Source: Spirochaetia bacterium (lineage in GTDB: Bacteria; Spirochaetota; Spirochaetia; CADAEX01). From it: 64,000 nucleotides of DNA. A program made the position numbers and the translations under genes. This document shows positions 9,401 to 19,089 of the stretch, in pieces. The number at the start of each line of letters is the position of its first letter. Positions within the stretch are counted from its first letter, which is position 1. The notes beneath the pieces are model-generated. The model was not told where the DNA came from. It saw only the letters and a list, made by a program, of their open reading frames with translations, and searched no databases. The stretch spans positions 256,001 to 320,000 of the forward strand of contig CAXXHA010000010.1 of NCBI GenBank assembly GCA_963662265.2. Direction: 5' to 3'.

Positions 9401-10117
9401 TTAATTCTCCGGTTCAAAAAGAAAATTTTCATAAACATTTGCAGATGCAGGGCCGTCAAATTCAAACCTTGCATCCGGAATATTCTGATTTACAATTATA
9501 TTTGTAAAATCAAACTGAATTTCATTATACTCTTCGTCGTAACCTATCATCCGCCTGATCAGGCCATTTTCCCCTATTGAGAGATCAATCTGCCTGAAAC
9601 TTTCATCGGTGGACCGCCAGATAAGTTTGAGCTTGACTACTTTCTCAGAAGACGGATCATCCTCTTCAAGGCTAACCGGTTCAGGACTTTTCAGATAAGC
9701 TATTGAGTAGTTTCTCTTGAGAAGCTTTAACCCTTCCCTGTTTACTACAGATGCGCCCCCGGCTACCGTACTGTCCTTTTCAATCTTCTGCTCCATAATT
9801 ACACGGTACTGCGGAATATATATAGACAGCTGCTCCCCGTCCAGTGCAAGGACCTGCTCTTTCGGCTCTGTAAAATTAATTCTTATCATGTCGGGACTCT
9901 TGTAAAAGAGTACTCCTGACATATTTGTTTTTTCCCGTTTAATCACGATATCTGCCTGGTAATCTTCAACTACCGCGTAATTTTCAGAAACAGTATCGAA
10001 ATATGCTGTAGCAGTCATAATATCCTGTGAGAATGATACGAAAGATACAGTCAGAAAAATTACTGCTGTTATTATGTATTTAATTAGATTTTTCACTCTG
10101 TTCATCAACTCTGTCAT
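9401..10117 (-). CDS. lolA: Outer-membrane lipoprotein carrier LolA
   Basis: Signal peptide; GVLFYKSPDMIRINFTEPKEQVLALDG; NQNIPDARFEF. Confidence 0.85.
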   Translation of the reverse strand: MTELMNRVKNLIKYIITAVIFLTVSFVSFSQDIMTATAYFDTVSENYAVVEDYQADIVIKREKTNMSGVLFYKSPDMIRINFTEPKEQVLALDGEQLSIYIPQYRVIMEQKIEKDSTVAGGASVVNREGLKLLKRNYSIAYLKSPEPVSLEEDDPSSEKVVKLKLIWRSTDESFRQIDLSIGENGLIRRMIGYDEEYNEIQFDFTNIIVNQNIPDARFEFDGPASANVYENFLFEPEN

Positions 10118-10301
10118 TACTGATTATTTTGCCGATAAGTATTTTCAGCATTTAATATTTCAGGAGCAATATCTGAATTATAACATTAATAATCTGAATT
10201 GAATAATTTCTTATTCAGACTAAAAATATTTGCAGCTATCATATTAATGATGAAATCGAACCGGTCTTTAAACAACATAGTTACTTAAACAATGCTGTTT
10301 G

Positions 10302-12746
10302 TCAAGATAATTGAGATTTTGTTATATTTTCCGCATATTTGAATACAAGATACCTCAGGTGGTCATCATTGAGCTTGAGATATTCCCTGCAGTCAGGACA
10401 TGTGAAACGCTGACCTTCAAGCCACTGCATTGCACATTCCACACAGAATATTTTACCGCAGGAGGGACATTTTCCGGCGGGGGAAGCAGGGTCAGGTTCC
10501 CCGACAATTCTGACCGGCTTGTTCATAACAGCGTTCTTAAGAATTTTCCACTCTCTTTCACAGTTTGAACAGGAAAGAACCACTTCCGCCTCTCTGCATA
10601 TTCTTGAATAAATCCGGTCATATCTTTCTCTGAGACTCTCCGGGATCTCTTTTTCACTGAGATATTCATTTATCTTTTTATATGCCTCAGTATAATCCTG
10701 TTTATCACAGAGTCCCTCAATATAGTTGAGAACAACCACAGGATTGAAATCAAGTTCAAGGCTTCTCAGATATGCAGCCTCTGCCCGGGAAAATTCCCCT
10801 TTCAGCTTTGCGGTATTTCCGATCATATTATAAACAATACTGTCAGGCGTCTTTTCTTCGAGAAGATACAGAAGCTCTTCACATCTGCTCAGCTTTTCAG
10901 ACTCATAGCAGACTTCTGCTAGCTTCTTAATTATTTCCATGTTTTCAGGATCATCTTTATAGGCGGATTCAAGATATTCTGAAGCTTCCTCATATCTGCC
11001 TGATGAAGAGAAGACTTCTCCTTTTCTGATTATTATTTCAGGTGTTTCTTCTACTGTTTCAAGAACAGACAGTGCCTTTTCATAATCTTCAGACCTGATA
11101 AGGGCTTCGGAGAAATTGAGAACAATATTTAAATCAGATTTTTTTCCAAATGCCTTTTCAAAACACCTTAAAGCTGATTCAAGATTATCCTGTTCGAGAT
11201 AAATCACTCCTGCAAGATTATTAATCCATTCATCGTCCGGATCCAGAGAAAGCGCTTTCTCAAGAGCTTCCGAAGGATCAAGAGAAGCTGCAAACTGATA
11301 TTCTGCAAGTCTGAAATAATAAAGCGCAAATCCGCTTTCCATGCTGCAGCTTGTTTTCAGATTTTCAATGCTTTCACTGATTTCGCCTTTTCTGTACATC
11401 AGAAGAGCATTCAGGTAATAGATCTCGCTCTCTGCCTGGCCCTTTTCAATGAGCTTCTCAAATACTTTTTCAGCCTCTTCAAAATTACTGCTGCTGAAAT
11501 AAAGCTTGCCCCGTATGCTTTCTACATCAGAATCCTCATACTGACGGCTGTCAAACCATGAGAGAAGATTTTCAACATCCTCCAGGCTGTCCTGTCTGTA
11601 AAAAAGAGACAGAGCTTTCTTATAAAACCCGGCAGCTTCCTCAACATCATCCTGTTCAGAACACTTACCCGCGTTATAAATATACAGAGGATTATCAGGA
11701 TCATATTCCGAAGCTTTCATGTAATACTCAAGCGCTTCGCTGTAACGCCCCAGGAAATATGAAGCATGTCCGTTGAGATCCTGAAAAACAGGATTTTTGA
11801 AACAGTATTTTTTATTTTTATCGAGGAATTCAAGAAGATCCAGATATCTTCCCTGCTGGTAGAGAAGATTTCCCTTTTCAAGAATAATCATTTCATCGCC
11901 CGGATCATCACAAAGCGCCCTGTCAAAGCATTTCAGCGCATCATCATACATTCCCAGGTTAAGAAGGATTTCTCCATACAATGTGAAAAAAGAGGCAGGG
12001 AGATCGCTGTCCCCGGTACTCCTGATTATGTTTTCCATCCAGACTGCGGCTGTCTCAAATTTACCCCTCTCAAAGAGCGACTTTGCAAGGCTGTATTTCT
12101 GGTCTGTACTGATATCATTTTCATCAGAGTATGCTGATTCAACATCGAAACTGACCGAATTGACAAGAAAACGACTGAGACTGACTTCAGAAAGCTCTGA
12201 ACTGTCATAATTCTGGCCGCAGAATGTAATATCCCCTTTCCCGATTACCTCATCATGCAGGGAACATACTTTTTCCCCGTTAACATGAAAATTGAAATAT
12301 CCGCCAAGTCCGACAATTTTAATAAAAACCTCTTTATCAACATCTGTGCTTAAAGCGGTCCATTCAACCAGGGGCATGGGTTTGCCGTTGAAAACACAGT
12401 CAATCCTGAAATACCCCCTGTTTGAGACCAGGAAGTAATAATAGTTGAATTCACTCCCTTTTCTGAATATTACACCAGCTGATGTATATGCTCCTTCTGT
12501 TTCAAAACTGAAATCTGCTTCTGCAATGAAATCTGTGCAGCTGAAAAAGCGGCTTTCACACCAGGCGAAAAGGTTCTTTTTCAGGAAGCGGAGAGTCAGG
12601 TTGTGTTTGTGGATTTCTGTAATATAGGAACTGTTTCTTTCAGGAATAAACCTGCTTTTTTTAATTCGGGCAAATTTTTCCTCAGCCTTTTCCTCTACAG
12701 CAATGCCGGGCTCATAGTTGTTATTTTTCTTGAAAAACCAGAACAT
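10302..12746 (-). CDS. TPR protein with N-terminal beta-sandwich and C-terminal zinc-finger cluster
   Basis: Many TPR units; CSNC, CPSC, CVEC and CPDC at the C-terminus. Confidence 0.85.
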   Translation of the reverse strand: MFWFFKKNNNYEPGIAVEEKAEEKFARIKKSRFIPERNSSYITEIHKHNLTLRFLKKNLFAWCESRFFSCTDFIAEADFSFETEGAYTSAGVIFRKGSEFNYYYFLVSNRGYFRIDCVFNGKPMPLVEWTALSTDVDKEVFIKIVGLGGYFNFHVNGEKVCSLHDEVIGKGDITFCGQNYDSSELSEVSLSRFLVNSVSFDVESAYSDENDISTDQKYSLAKSLFERGKFETAAVWMENIIRSTGDSDLPASFFTLYGEILLNLGMYDDALKCFDRALCDDPGDEMIILEKGNLLYQQGRYLDLLEFLDKNKKYCFKNPVFQDLNGHASYFLGRYSEALEYYMKASEYDPDNPLYIYNAGKCSEQDDVEEAAGFYKKALSLFYRQDSLEDVENLLSWFDSRQYEDSDVESIRGKLYFSSSNFEEAEKVFEKLIEKGQAESEIYYLNALLMYRKGEISESIENLKTSCSMESGFALYYFRLAEYQFAASLDPSEALEKALSLDPDDEWINNLAGVIYLEQDNLESALRCFEKAFGKKSDLNIVLNFSEALIRSEDYEKALSVLETVEETPEIIIRKGEVFSSSGRYEEASEYLESAYKDDPENMEIIKKLAEVCYESEKLSRCEELLYLLEEKTPDSIVYNMIGNTAKLKGEFSRAEAAYLRSLELDFNPVVVLNYIEGLCDKQDYTEAYKKINEYLSEKEIPESLRERYDRIYSRICREAEVVLSCSNCEREWKILKNAVMNKPVRIVGEPDPASPAGKCPSCGKIFCVECAMQWLEGQRFTCPDCREYLKLNDDHLRYLVFKYAENITKSQLS

Positions 12747-12794
12747 ATCAGTTAGTAATTATTTCTCCAGATCATAGGATTATCCAATAATAAG

Positions 12795-13532
12795 CTATTC
12801 AATCTCTTTAGACAATTGCTTTATTCTGTCACGGAGCTCTGCAGCTTTTTCAAAGTCCTCAGATTCAACAGCAGCCAGAAGCTCTCTTTTCATACAATCG
12901 ATTGAATCTGATTTACAGTAGCCCAGCTGTTTAAGAGCTGTTTCCAGGTAATTTATGGAACGGCTTTTTTCCATAAGAAAGATGGAAGAGTCAACTTCAG
13001 GCAGAGATTTCAGCGTAACAATCGCCGATTCCAGAATATCCCTGGCAAGTTCTTTTACATTTTTCTGAAGAGAAATCATTGCACGGGATATTGCATTCAT
13101 TTTAACGATGAAAGGGCGGTACTGAAGAATACTGATTCTGAACTTATTGTCTGAGCTGTAGGTTTCAGTCAGATCACAGATTTTCAGATTATGCTCCGTA
13201 TCTCTGACAACCCTCCCGAAATCGCTTATCTGGAAACAGAGAAGATAACGGTAATAAAACATCCTTGCTTCCTTATCAAGAAGCTCGAGATCTTTATCAG
13301 TAAGAATAAATTCTTTTTCCGAAACATCCAGCCTGTTCTGTATCTGATCCAGAACAGTATCAAACCCCATGTATTTGCTGCCGTCAGGCCTTCCTTCGAG
13401 GACAAATTCACTTATCCCCATCATTTCCCTGACCTGCATCACAGGATTTCCGCGGCTGTCATTTATTATCCTGATGTTTTTAGTGGAATCATATTTCCAA
13501 TCATCAAGAAGCTTCCTTATACTCTGTGACAA
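12795..13532 (-). CDS. UvrB/UvrC (UVR) motif-containing protein
   Basis: C-terminal ELLAAVESEDFEKAAELRDRI; EGRPDG, YYRYL and VVRDTEHNL motifs. Confidence 0.8.
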   Translation of the reverse strand: MSQSIRKLLDDWKYDSTKNIRIINDSRGNPVMQVREMMGISEFVLEGRPDGSKYMGFDTVLDQIQNRLDVSEKEFILTDKDLELLDKEARMFYYRYLLCFQISDFGRVVRDTEHNLKICDLTETYSSDNKFRISILQYRPFIVKMNAISRAMISLQKNVKELARDILESAIVTLKSLPEVDSSIFLMEKSRSINYLETALKQLGYCKSDSIDCMKRELLAAVESEDFEKAAELRDRIKQLSKEIE

Positions 13533-13712
13533 TTAAATTCACCCCATCTTTATCATCTCTTTCCGAAAACAATATCCTCTATATGAATTTATTGTTAATA
13601 AATCAAAAAGTAAAGTGATTTCTGTATATAGTTGTAAGTTCTTAACATTCTCTCAACTCATGCAGCCCGGCTGCTTATTGATGAATTGAGACCTTCTTTA
13701 TATAATAATTTT

Positions 13713-14408
13713 ATGGTTAAAGTAATATCATTAGGGGGCTCTATTGTTGCCCCGGAACAGGTTGATACAGCCTTTTTAAAAGAATTTCATTCACTGATAA
13801 AGAAATATCTTGAGGAAGATAAAAGCAGAAAACTCATCCTTGTAATTGGAGGAGGGGGACCTGCAAGAAGCTATCAGAAAGCATACAGGGAAATTGCCGA
13901 TACACCATCCAGCGACAGGCAGGATTGGATCGGCATTGCAGCAACAAGGCTTAACGGAGAACTTCTCAAGTCTGTATTCGGTGAATTCTGTAAGAATGCT
14001 GTTGTTGCAGATCCTACAGCTGTAAAGGAATTCAATGACAGAATTCTTGTGGCTGCCGGATGGAAACCCGGATTCTCAACAGATTTCGATGCAGTTCTTC
14101 TCGCGGAAAAATTCAATGCGAAAACTGTAATCAATCTCTCAAACATTTCAAAGGTTTATTCTGAAGATCCTAAAATCAATCCATCGGCAGTTCCAATGGA
14201 TAAGATGAACTGGGGAGAATTCAAAAAGCTTGTCGGTGAAGAATGGATACCAGGCAAAAATGTTCCGTTTGATCCTGTAGCAACAAAAAAAGCGGCTGAA
14301 CTCGGCATGCAGGTTATTGTTGCAGGCGGCAGGGACATACAGAACCTTGATCTGATCCTTCAGGACAGACACGATGAGATTGAAGGGACTCTTATAGGTC
14401 CGGAATAG
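13713..14408 (+). CDS. pyrH: Uridylate kinase (archaeal-type)
   Basis: VISLGGS, IGGGGPAR, IGIAATRLN, GWKPGFSTD, VYSEDPK, PFDPVA. Confidence 0.93.
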   Translation: MVKVISLGGSIVAPEQVDTAFLKEFHSLIKKYLEEDKSRKLILVIGGGGPARSYQKAYREIADTPSSDRQDWIGIAATRLNGELLKSVFGEFCKNAVVADPTAVKEFNDRILVAAGWKPGFSTDFDAVLLAEKFNAKTVINLSNISKVYSEDPKINPSAVPMDKMNWGEFKKLVGEEWIPGKNVPFDPVATKKAAELGMQVIVAGGRDIQNLDLILQDRHDEIEGTLIGPE

Positions 14409-14465
14409 GAAACTCAGGAGATAGAATCTAAGACTCTTAAACTGCAGTAAATCCACGGTATTCAG

Positions 14466-14499
14466 CAGCCTGTATAATTTATTTTATGCAGGCTGTTTT
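14466..14499 (+). terminator. Probable pyrH terminator
   Basis: CAGCCTGTATAA / TTATGCAGGCTG stem (one G-U pair) followed by TTTT. Confidence 0.6.
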
Positions 14500-14519
14500 G
14501 CATACAGGACGTATGCATG

Positions 14520-14640
14520 CCGGGCTGGCATGGACGCCCGTTAACGAGGCGAATGACAGGATGTCATTCCCGCAAGGGGACAGGTGTATACCGGGCTGGC
14601 ATGGACGCCCGCAAACGAGGTATATGACAGGAGATCATCC
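14520..14640 (+). repeat. Imperfect direct repeat, two copies with a 71-bp period, containing GGA-loop hairpins
   Basis: CCGGGCTGGCATGGACGCCCG..AACGAGG...ATGACAGGA...CAT at 14520 and 14591. Confidence 0.85.
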
Positions 14641-14910
14641 ACTTTCGCATGAACCGAAGGTATTGGAATGCCCCGGCAATACAGATGACACCGGGCAGAC
14701 AGGGCCGCCTTTTTATACTGCGTACAAAACCAGATAGATATTCAGGTTTAGGAACAGGACGCCTGCCCTGAGACATGAATGATATACGGCACTGATGATT
14801 TAACACGAAGACCTGAGGAACACACAAATTCATACATTTAACTGTTTTTCAGAAAAAAACAGCAGATAATCAGCGATATTCGATGGATATTATATTCTTC
14901 AGTTAAGCAT

Positions 14911-15879
14911 TTACCTGATAAATCCCTCTCTCCAGTGCCAGACAGTGTTTTTATCTGATCCCCCGGGAAAAGGCATTGCATTATTAAAATCAGGGATCCA
15001 GTCACTGCTGTCTTCAAGCTCCTGAATAAATCCGTTTTCAATACCATGGAAATCAAGAAGATCATATACCCTGTCGCTTTCTTCAGAGGAAACTGACCGT
15101 TCAGGATTTTCTCCGTTTTTTCCTGCGGCAGATGGGGAATACTGGAACATCAGGGAAAGGATTGCCCTGTCCATGAATTTCTCAGCATATATTTTAATGA
15201 ATTTTTCAGTCGATTCAATATAGCCGGGCATTACAAGATGCCTTATTATTACCCCTCCCCTGATCATTTCACCGGTTTCAAATATGGAAAAATCTGTCTT
15301 TTTAAGACTGCACATAAGGGAGACTGCTTTGAAGACAGCCTCGGGATAATCAGGCGCATTAAAAAAACGGGAGGAAAATGATGCATCAGCCGTTTTATAA
15401 TCCGGGAGAAACAGATCAACCTGGGAGGAAAGCCTCTCAACAGCCTCTTCAGTCTCATAACCAGAGCTGTTCCATAAAACAGGGATCACAAGCCCGTTCT
15501 TTTTAGCAGCTGAAAGAGCATCAACCACAGAGGGAATAAAATGTGTCCCTGTAACAAGGTTTATATTTTCCGCACCCCGCTCCTGAAGATTAAGGCATAT
15601 TTCAGCAAACTCATCTGTTGAAACTGTTCTGCCCATGCTTTCCCTGCTTATCTGGGAATTCTGACAGAAGGAACACTTCAGGGTACATCCGGTAAAGAAA
15701 ACAGTTCCTGATCCATTTTTTCCGGAGACAGGAGGTTCCTCGCCGCCGTGGAGAAGAGCGGCTGCTATATTTATTTCTGATGACTGACCGCAGTACCCCG
15801 TTTTACCGGCAGTTCTGTCTATACCGCATTTCCGGGGACATAATTTACATGACCTGTAATAAGCTGTTATATCTTTCAC
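14911..15879 (-). CDS. Radical SAM protein, PflX-like
   Basis: CKLCPRKC, GEEPPVSG..GSGTVFFTGCTLKCSFCQN, WNSSGYE, IIRHLVMPG; GTG start inferred from promoter position. Confidence 0.88.
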   Translation of the reverse strand: MKDITAYYRSCKLCPRKCGIDRTAGKTGYCGQSSEINIAAALLHGGEEPPVSGKNGSGTVFFTGCTLKCSFCQNSQISRESMGRTVSTDEFAEICLNLQERGAENINLVTGTHFIPSVVDALSAAKKNGLVIPVLWNSSGYETEEAVERLSSQVDLFLPDYKTADASFSSRFFNAPDYPEAVFKAVSLMCSLKKTDFSIFETGEMIRGGVIIRHLVMPGYIESTEKFIKIYAEKFMDRAILSLMFQYSPSAAGKNGENPERSVSSEESDRVYDLLDFHGIENGFIQELEDSSDWIPDFNNAMPFPGGSDKNTVWHWREGFIR

Positions 15880-16185
15880 ATGAAAATAATAGGGAAAATA
15901 CAGGGATTTATCAAGAAAAGGAAATGCAGCAATTTTTTTACTCGGAATCTGAATGCATTTCAGCAATATCAAAACATGCAGCATGTTTAAATATTTTACA
16001 TTTTGGCAGTTTGAAACAAAACGGCAAATCAAAGGATTCTATTCAGGCAGGAAATTCCTTTTCACACGTGATTATTAACAGATGCAAATCAACTAAAAAC
16101 ATGCAGGCAATTGACAAATCAGCAAGTATCGGGATATTTTAAATAAGCTTCTTAGCTGAACAGCAGATCAGAAGCTTTTATCTGT

Positions 16186-16269
16186 GCCGGCGTGGCGAAA
16201 TTGGTAGACGCAGCAGACTCAAAATCTGCCGGGGGCAACCCTGTATCGGTTCAAGTCCGATCGCCGGTA
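16186..16269 (+). tRNA. tRNA-Leu(CAA)
   Basis: GCCGGCG/CGCCGGT acceptor stem, GCAGA-CTCAAAA-TCTGC anticodon arm, variable arm, GGTTCAAGTCC; TTGACA at 16111. Confidence 0.97.
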
Positions 16270-16435
16270 ATATTTTAACCTATTTAAAAAATAAATACTT
16301 TTTACTGTAATAATTATCCAAACATTTATTATTCAATTTCACAAAAAACATGCAAGAGTTTCAATAAAAGACTATTGCGGCTCAGCATTATCAGAAAATA
16401 AAAATAATCATCTCTTTCACAGAAAGAGACATCCT

Positions 16436-16870
16436 TTACTTACTGATTCTGTCTGCTATCTTCTTTGCCATAACATCATCTTTCCCAACAACCTTGCAGC
16501 CTACTGGAAAGACAAGAAATTTTCCCATCCTTATATAAACTATTCCAACAGGTATTCCAATTATAGTAAAAAAGGCGAATATTCCTGATATCAGATAGAC
16601 AACAGCAGATACAATACCAACAGGGATCCAGATGATGTTGAGAATTATTCCTCCAACTCTTCTGACAGCTGAAACTTTATCCTTTATAAAGGTTTCCCGG
16701 ACTATTGCCTTGCCATAGGGAAAAGCAGAGAGCCTTGAGAAGTTGAAGCATGCCTTACCAAGGGGAATACCTATTATTGTAATTGAAAACAGGATTGATA
16801 ATACAAAAAAAACAAGGGCCTGCCACCATCCAAAAAATATAAACCAGATAATGTTGAATAATGAAACCAT
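16436..16870 (-). CDS. yccF: YccF-domain inner membrane protein
   Basis: Duplicated NIIW...TIIGIP.G...P(Y/V)G repeats. Confidence 0.85.
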   Translation of the reverse strand: MVSLFNIIWFIFFGWWQALVFFVLSILFSITIIGIPLGKACFNFSRLSAFPYGKAIVRETFIKDKVSAVRRVGGIILNIIWIPVGIVSAVVYLISGIFAFFTIIGIPVGIVYIRMGKFLVFPVGCKVVGKDDVMAKKIADRISK

Positions 16871-16899
16871 ATCTACTCCTTTTTAAATATATTCAGAAA

Positions 16900-17337
16900 T
16901 CAGTAATTATAATAAATATATTCCTGATCAATATTGTCCTCAATTTTTATTTTATTCAGCAGTGTTTCCGTAAAGCCGCCAAGGGGGTAGCCAGATATGT
17001 CATCAAGCGAAACCCATACATATTCCTGGGCTTCATCATTTAAAACAACTTCATTGGAGCTGGTTCTGCATGTATAATCCATGAAAATAAAATGCCTGTC
17101 AGAATAATATTCGTTACTGTAGAAGCATTCCTTTAATCCGACAGGTTTTATATCGTAAATAGACAGCCCAGTTTCTTCAAGAATCTCTCTCCTGAGAGCA
17201 TCTTCCATCTTTTCCAGGTGTTCAACATGACCGCCTGGGATTACATATTTATCATCCCATTTATGGGATTTGCAGAGCAATATTTTATTATCTGTATTGA
17301 AGATTACAGCACTTACTGTCAATTCCGGGTATTTCAT
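16900..17337 (-). CDS. NUDIX hydrolase
   Basis: Nudix box GGHVEHLEKMEDALRREILEETGL. Confidence 0.92.
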   Translation of the reverse strand: MKYPELTVSAVIFNTDNKILLCKSHKWDDKYVIPGGHVEHLEKMEDALRREILEETGLSIYDIKPVGLKECFYSNEYYSDRHFIFMDYTCRTSSNEVVLNDEAQEYVWVSLDDISGYPLGGFTETLLNKIKIEDNIDQEYIYYNY

Positions 17338-17541
17338 AATCAAATCATAACTTGTAACCTGATCCGAAGCAATATTACGAATGAGATCATTATTTTATTT
17401 CAAAGACTTTCTGTTCTTTCGTTTTTAAAAACCCAACTGATGCATAAAAACTATGTGTATTCACCCGGTTGCTGTTACACCGCACACGGGTTTTATTTTC
17501 TTGTCTACTCGTATATTTCAAGATAAAATCATATATTAGTA

Positions 17542-19023
17542 ATGAACAGAACCATTATCAGATACAGATTAATTGAAATGTCTATCCCGTCATTGTTATT
17601 ATATATTCTAATTCTTGCTTCATGCGCTCATGTAATTGTTCTGGATGTGGTCCCTCACGATGCGGATATAAAAATAAATAACAGAGAATATATCAGCAAA
17701 GAAGAATTCAAAACAAAAGAAAGAAACATATATGTATCTATAAACAAAGATGGATACATACCGGTAGAAACGGAACTTGCAAATATATCGGGGAAGAACA
17801 ATGTATATAATTTCAGACTGGAGAAAATCAAATATCCCCTGCACATAAAAATGCTTTCACAGAACACCGAAGCGCATCTCCTGCTGAACTGTAACGGGAA
17901 GAACATAAAAGGGAGTGAAATTAACCAGACAATAGAAAACGGGAATTACAGCTTATTCCTTATCAGCAATAATGAAAGACTTTCAATTCCAGTCACAGTG
18001 GATCAGAAAATCTCCATGCTGATAAGGGATCCAGAAATACGAAACAATATCAGGAATATTGAGCTTACGCCTGAAGGTCTTTACACGTGCGGAAGTCAGC
18101 CGAAACAGGTAAACATATCGCCGGACAGCAGTTGTGCCTATATTACTTTATTGAATGGTACAGGTTTTCAGATTTTTGATATAAAAAGGAAAAAAATAAT
18201 TAATACAATATCTCCGGGAACTGACGGGAAAAAGAAAGGTTTTGTAGAAGGATGTTTTATCCCTGATTTAAACACCTACCTTGTTTCCCAGATGACAACA
18301 GGGAAGGTATATGAATATGATGTAAGCAACTGCAGGAAACCGGAACTTCGAAGAGTACTGAATACGAGAGGAAAATGGAGCAAGGTTGTTGCCTACAACG
18401 ATGAACTGGGAATAATAGCTGTATCCAACTGGCTCAGTAATACAATTTCCCTGATAAGTTATGAAAGCGGAAAAATTTTAAAACAGATAGATGAAATATC
18501 TGTACCGCGGGGTATAATTTTTTCCGGCAAAGGTGATTTCTTCTATGCGGCATCATACAATGATGGAACTGTAACAAAATACAGGACAAAAGACTGGAAA
18601 AAGATTACAGAAATAAAAATTGAGGATTCCGCAATGCGGCACCTTGCCCTTACACAGGATGATTCAACGTTGTATGCAAGCGCCATGGGTATCGGAAAAA
18701 TATACAGGATTGATACAAAAAGTTTCAAGGTTACAAAATCATTTTCAGGATTCACCAATCCAAATACAATAAAACTGACACCTGATAATAAATACCTGGC
18801 TGTCTCGTCCCGGGGGAAAAACAATCCTGAGGGCTATCTCTTTAAAAGCAAAGAACCGGGATTTGTGACATTACTTGATCTGCATGGCAAAAACAAAAAA
18901 TGTGTAATTAAAGGGGGATTGCAGCCGACAGGCCTTGATATATCACCTGATGGCTCTTTCTTTATTTTCTCAAACTTTCAGGATGATACAATAGAAATAT
19001 ACAGGTTCAGAGAATATCCATAA
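17542..19023 (+). CDS. YVTN/YncE-type beta-propeller protein, probable lipoprotein with a PEGA-like N-terminal domain
   Basis: Lipobox-like ILASC; repeats GSQPKQVNISPD, PRGIIFS, PNTIKLTPD and GLQPTGLDISPDG. Confidence 0.8.
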   Translation: MNRTIIRYRLIEMSIPSLLLYILILASCAHVIVLDVVPHDADIKINNREYISKEEFKTKERNIYVSINKDGYIPVETELANISGKNNVYNFRLEKIKYPLHIKMLSQNTEAHLLLNCNGKNIKGSEINQTIENGNYSLFLISNNERLSIPVTVDQKISMLIRDPEIRNNIRNIELTPEGLYTCGSQPKQVNISPDSSCAYITLLNGTGFQIFDIKRKKIINTISPGTDGKKKGFVEGCFIPDLNTYLVSQMTTGKVYEYDVSNCRKPELRRVLNTRGKWSKVVAYNDELGIIAVSNWLSNTISLISYESGKILKQIDEISVPRGIIFSGKGDFFYAASYNDGTVTKYRTKDWKKITEIKIEDSAMRHLALTQDDSTLYASAMGIGKIYRIDTKSFKVTKSFSGFTNPNTIKLTPDNKYLAVSSRGKNNPEGYLFKSKEPGFVTLLDLHGKNKKCVIKGGLQPTGLDISPDGSFFIFSNFQDDTIEIYRFREYP

Positions 19024-19051
19024 TCTGTCTTAATATTTTAAGGATATAAGG

Positions 19052-19081
19052 AACAGCAGGTAATGTGCTTTACCTGCTGTT
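19052..19081. terminator. Hairpin terminator between convergent genes
   Basis: Perfect 12-bp stem AACAGCAGGTAA / TTACCTGCTGTT. Confidence 0.7.
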
Positions 19082-19089
19082 ATATATTG

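Noticed and set aside
13713-14408. Archaeal-type PyrH as a recent transfer from archaea
   Set aside because: To my knowledge this form is usual in spirochaetes, so it is not evidence of recent transfer.
14486-14833. 83-aa and 89-aa ORFs in the pyrH intergenic region; possible mini-CRISPR
   Set aside because: No RBS or protein motifs. There are only two repeat copies, the sequence between them is also similar, and no cas genes are present. Better explained as RNA hairpins.
16270-19023. Possible genomic island downstream of tRNA-Leu
   Set aside because: No integrase and no duplicated tRNA 3' end found by eye.
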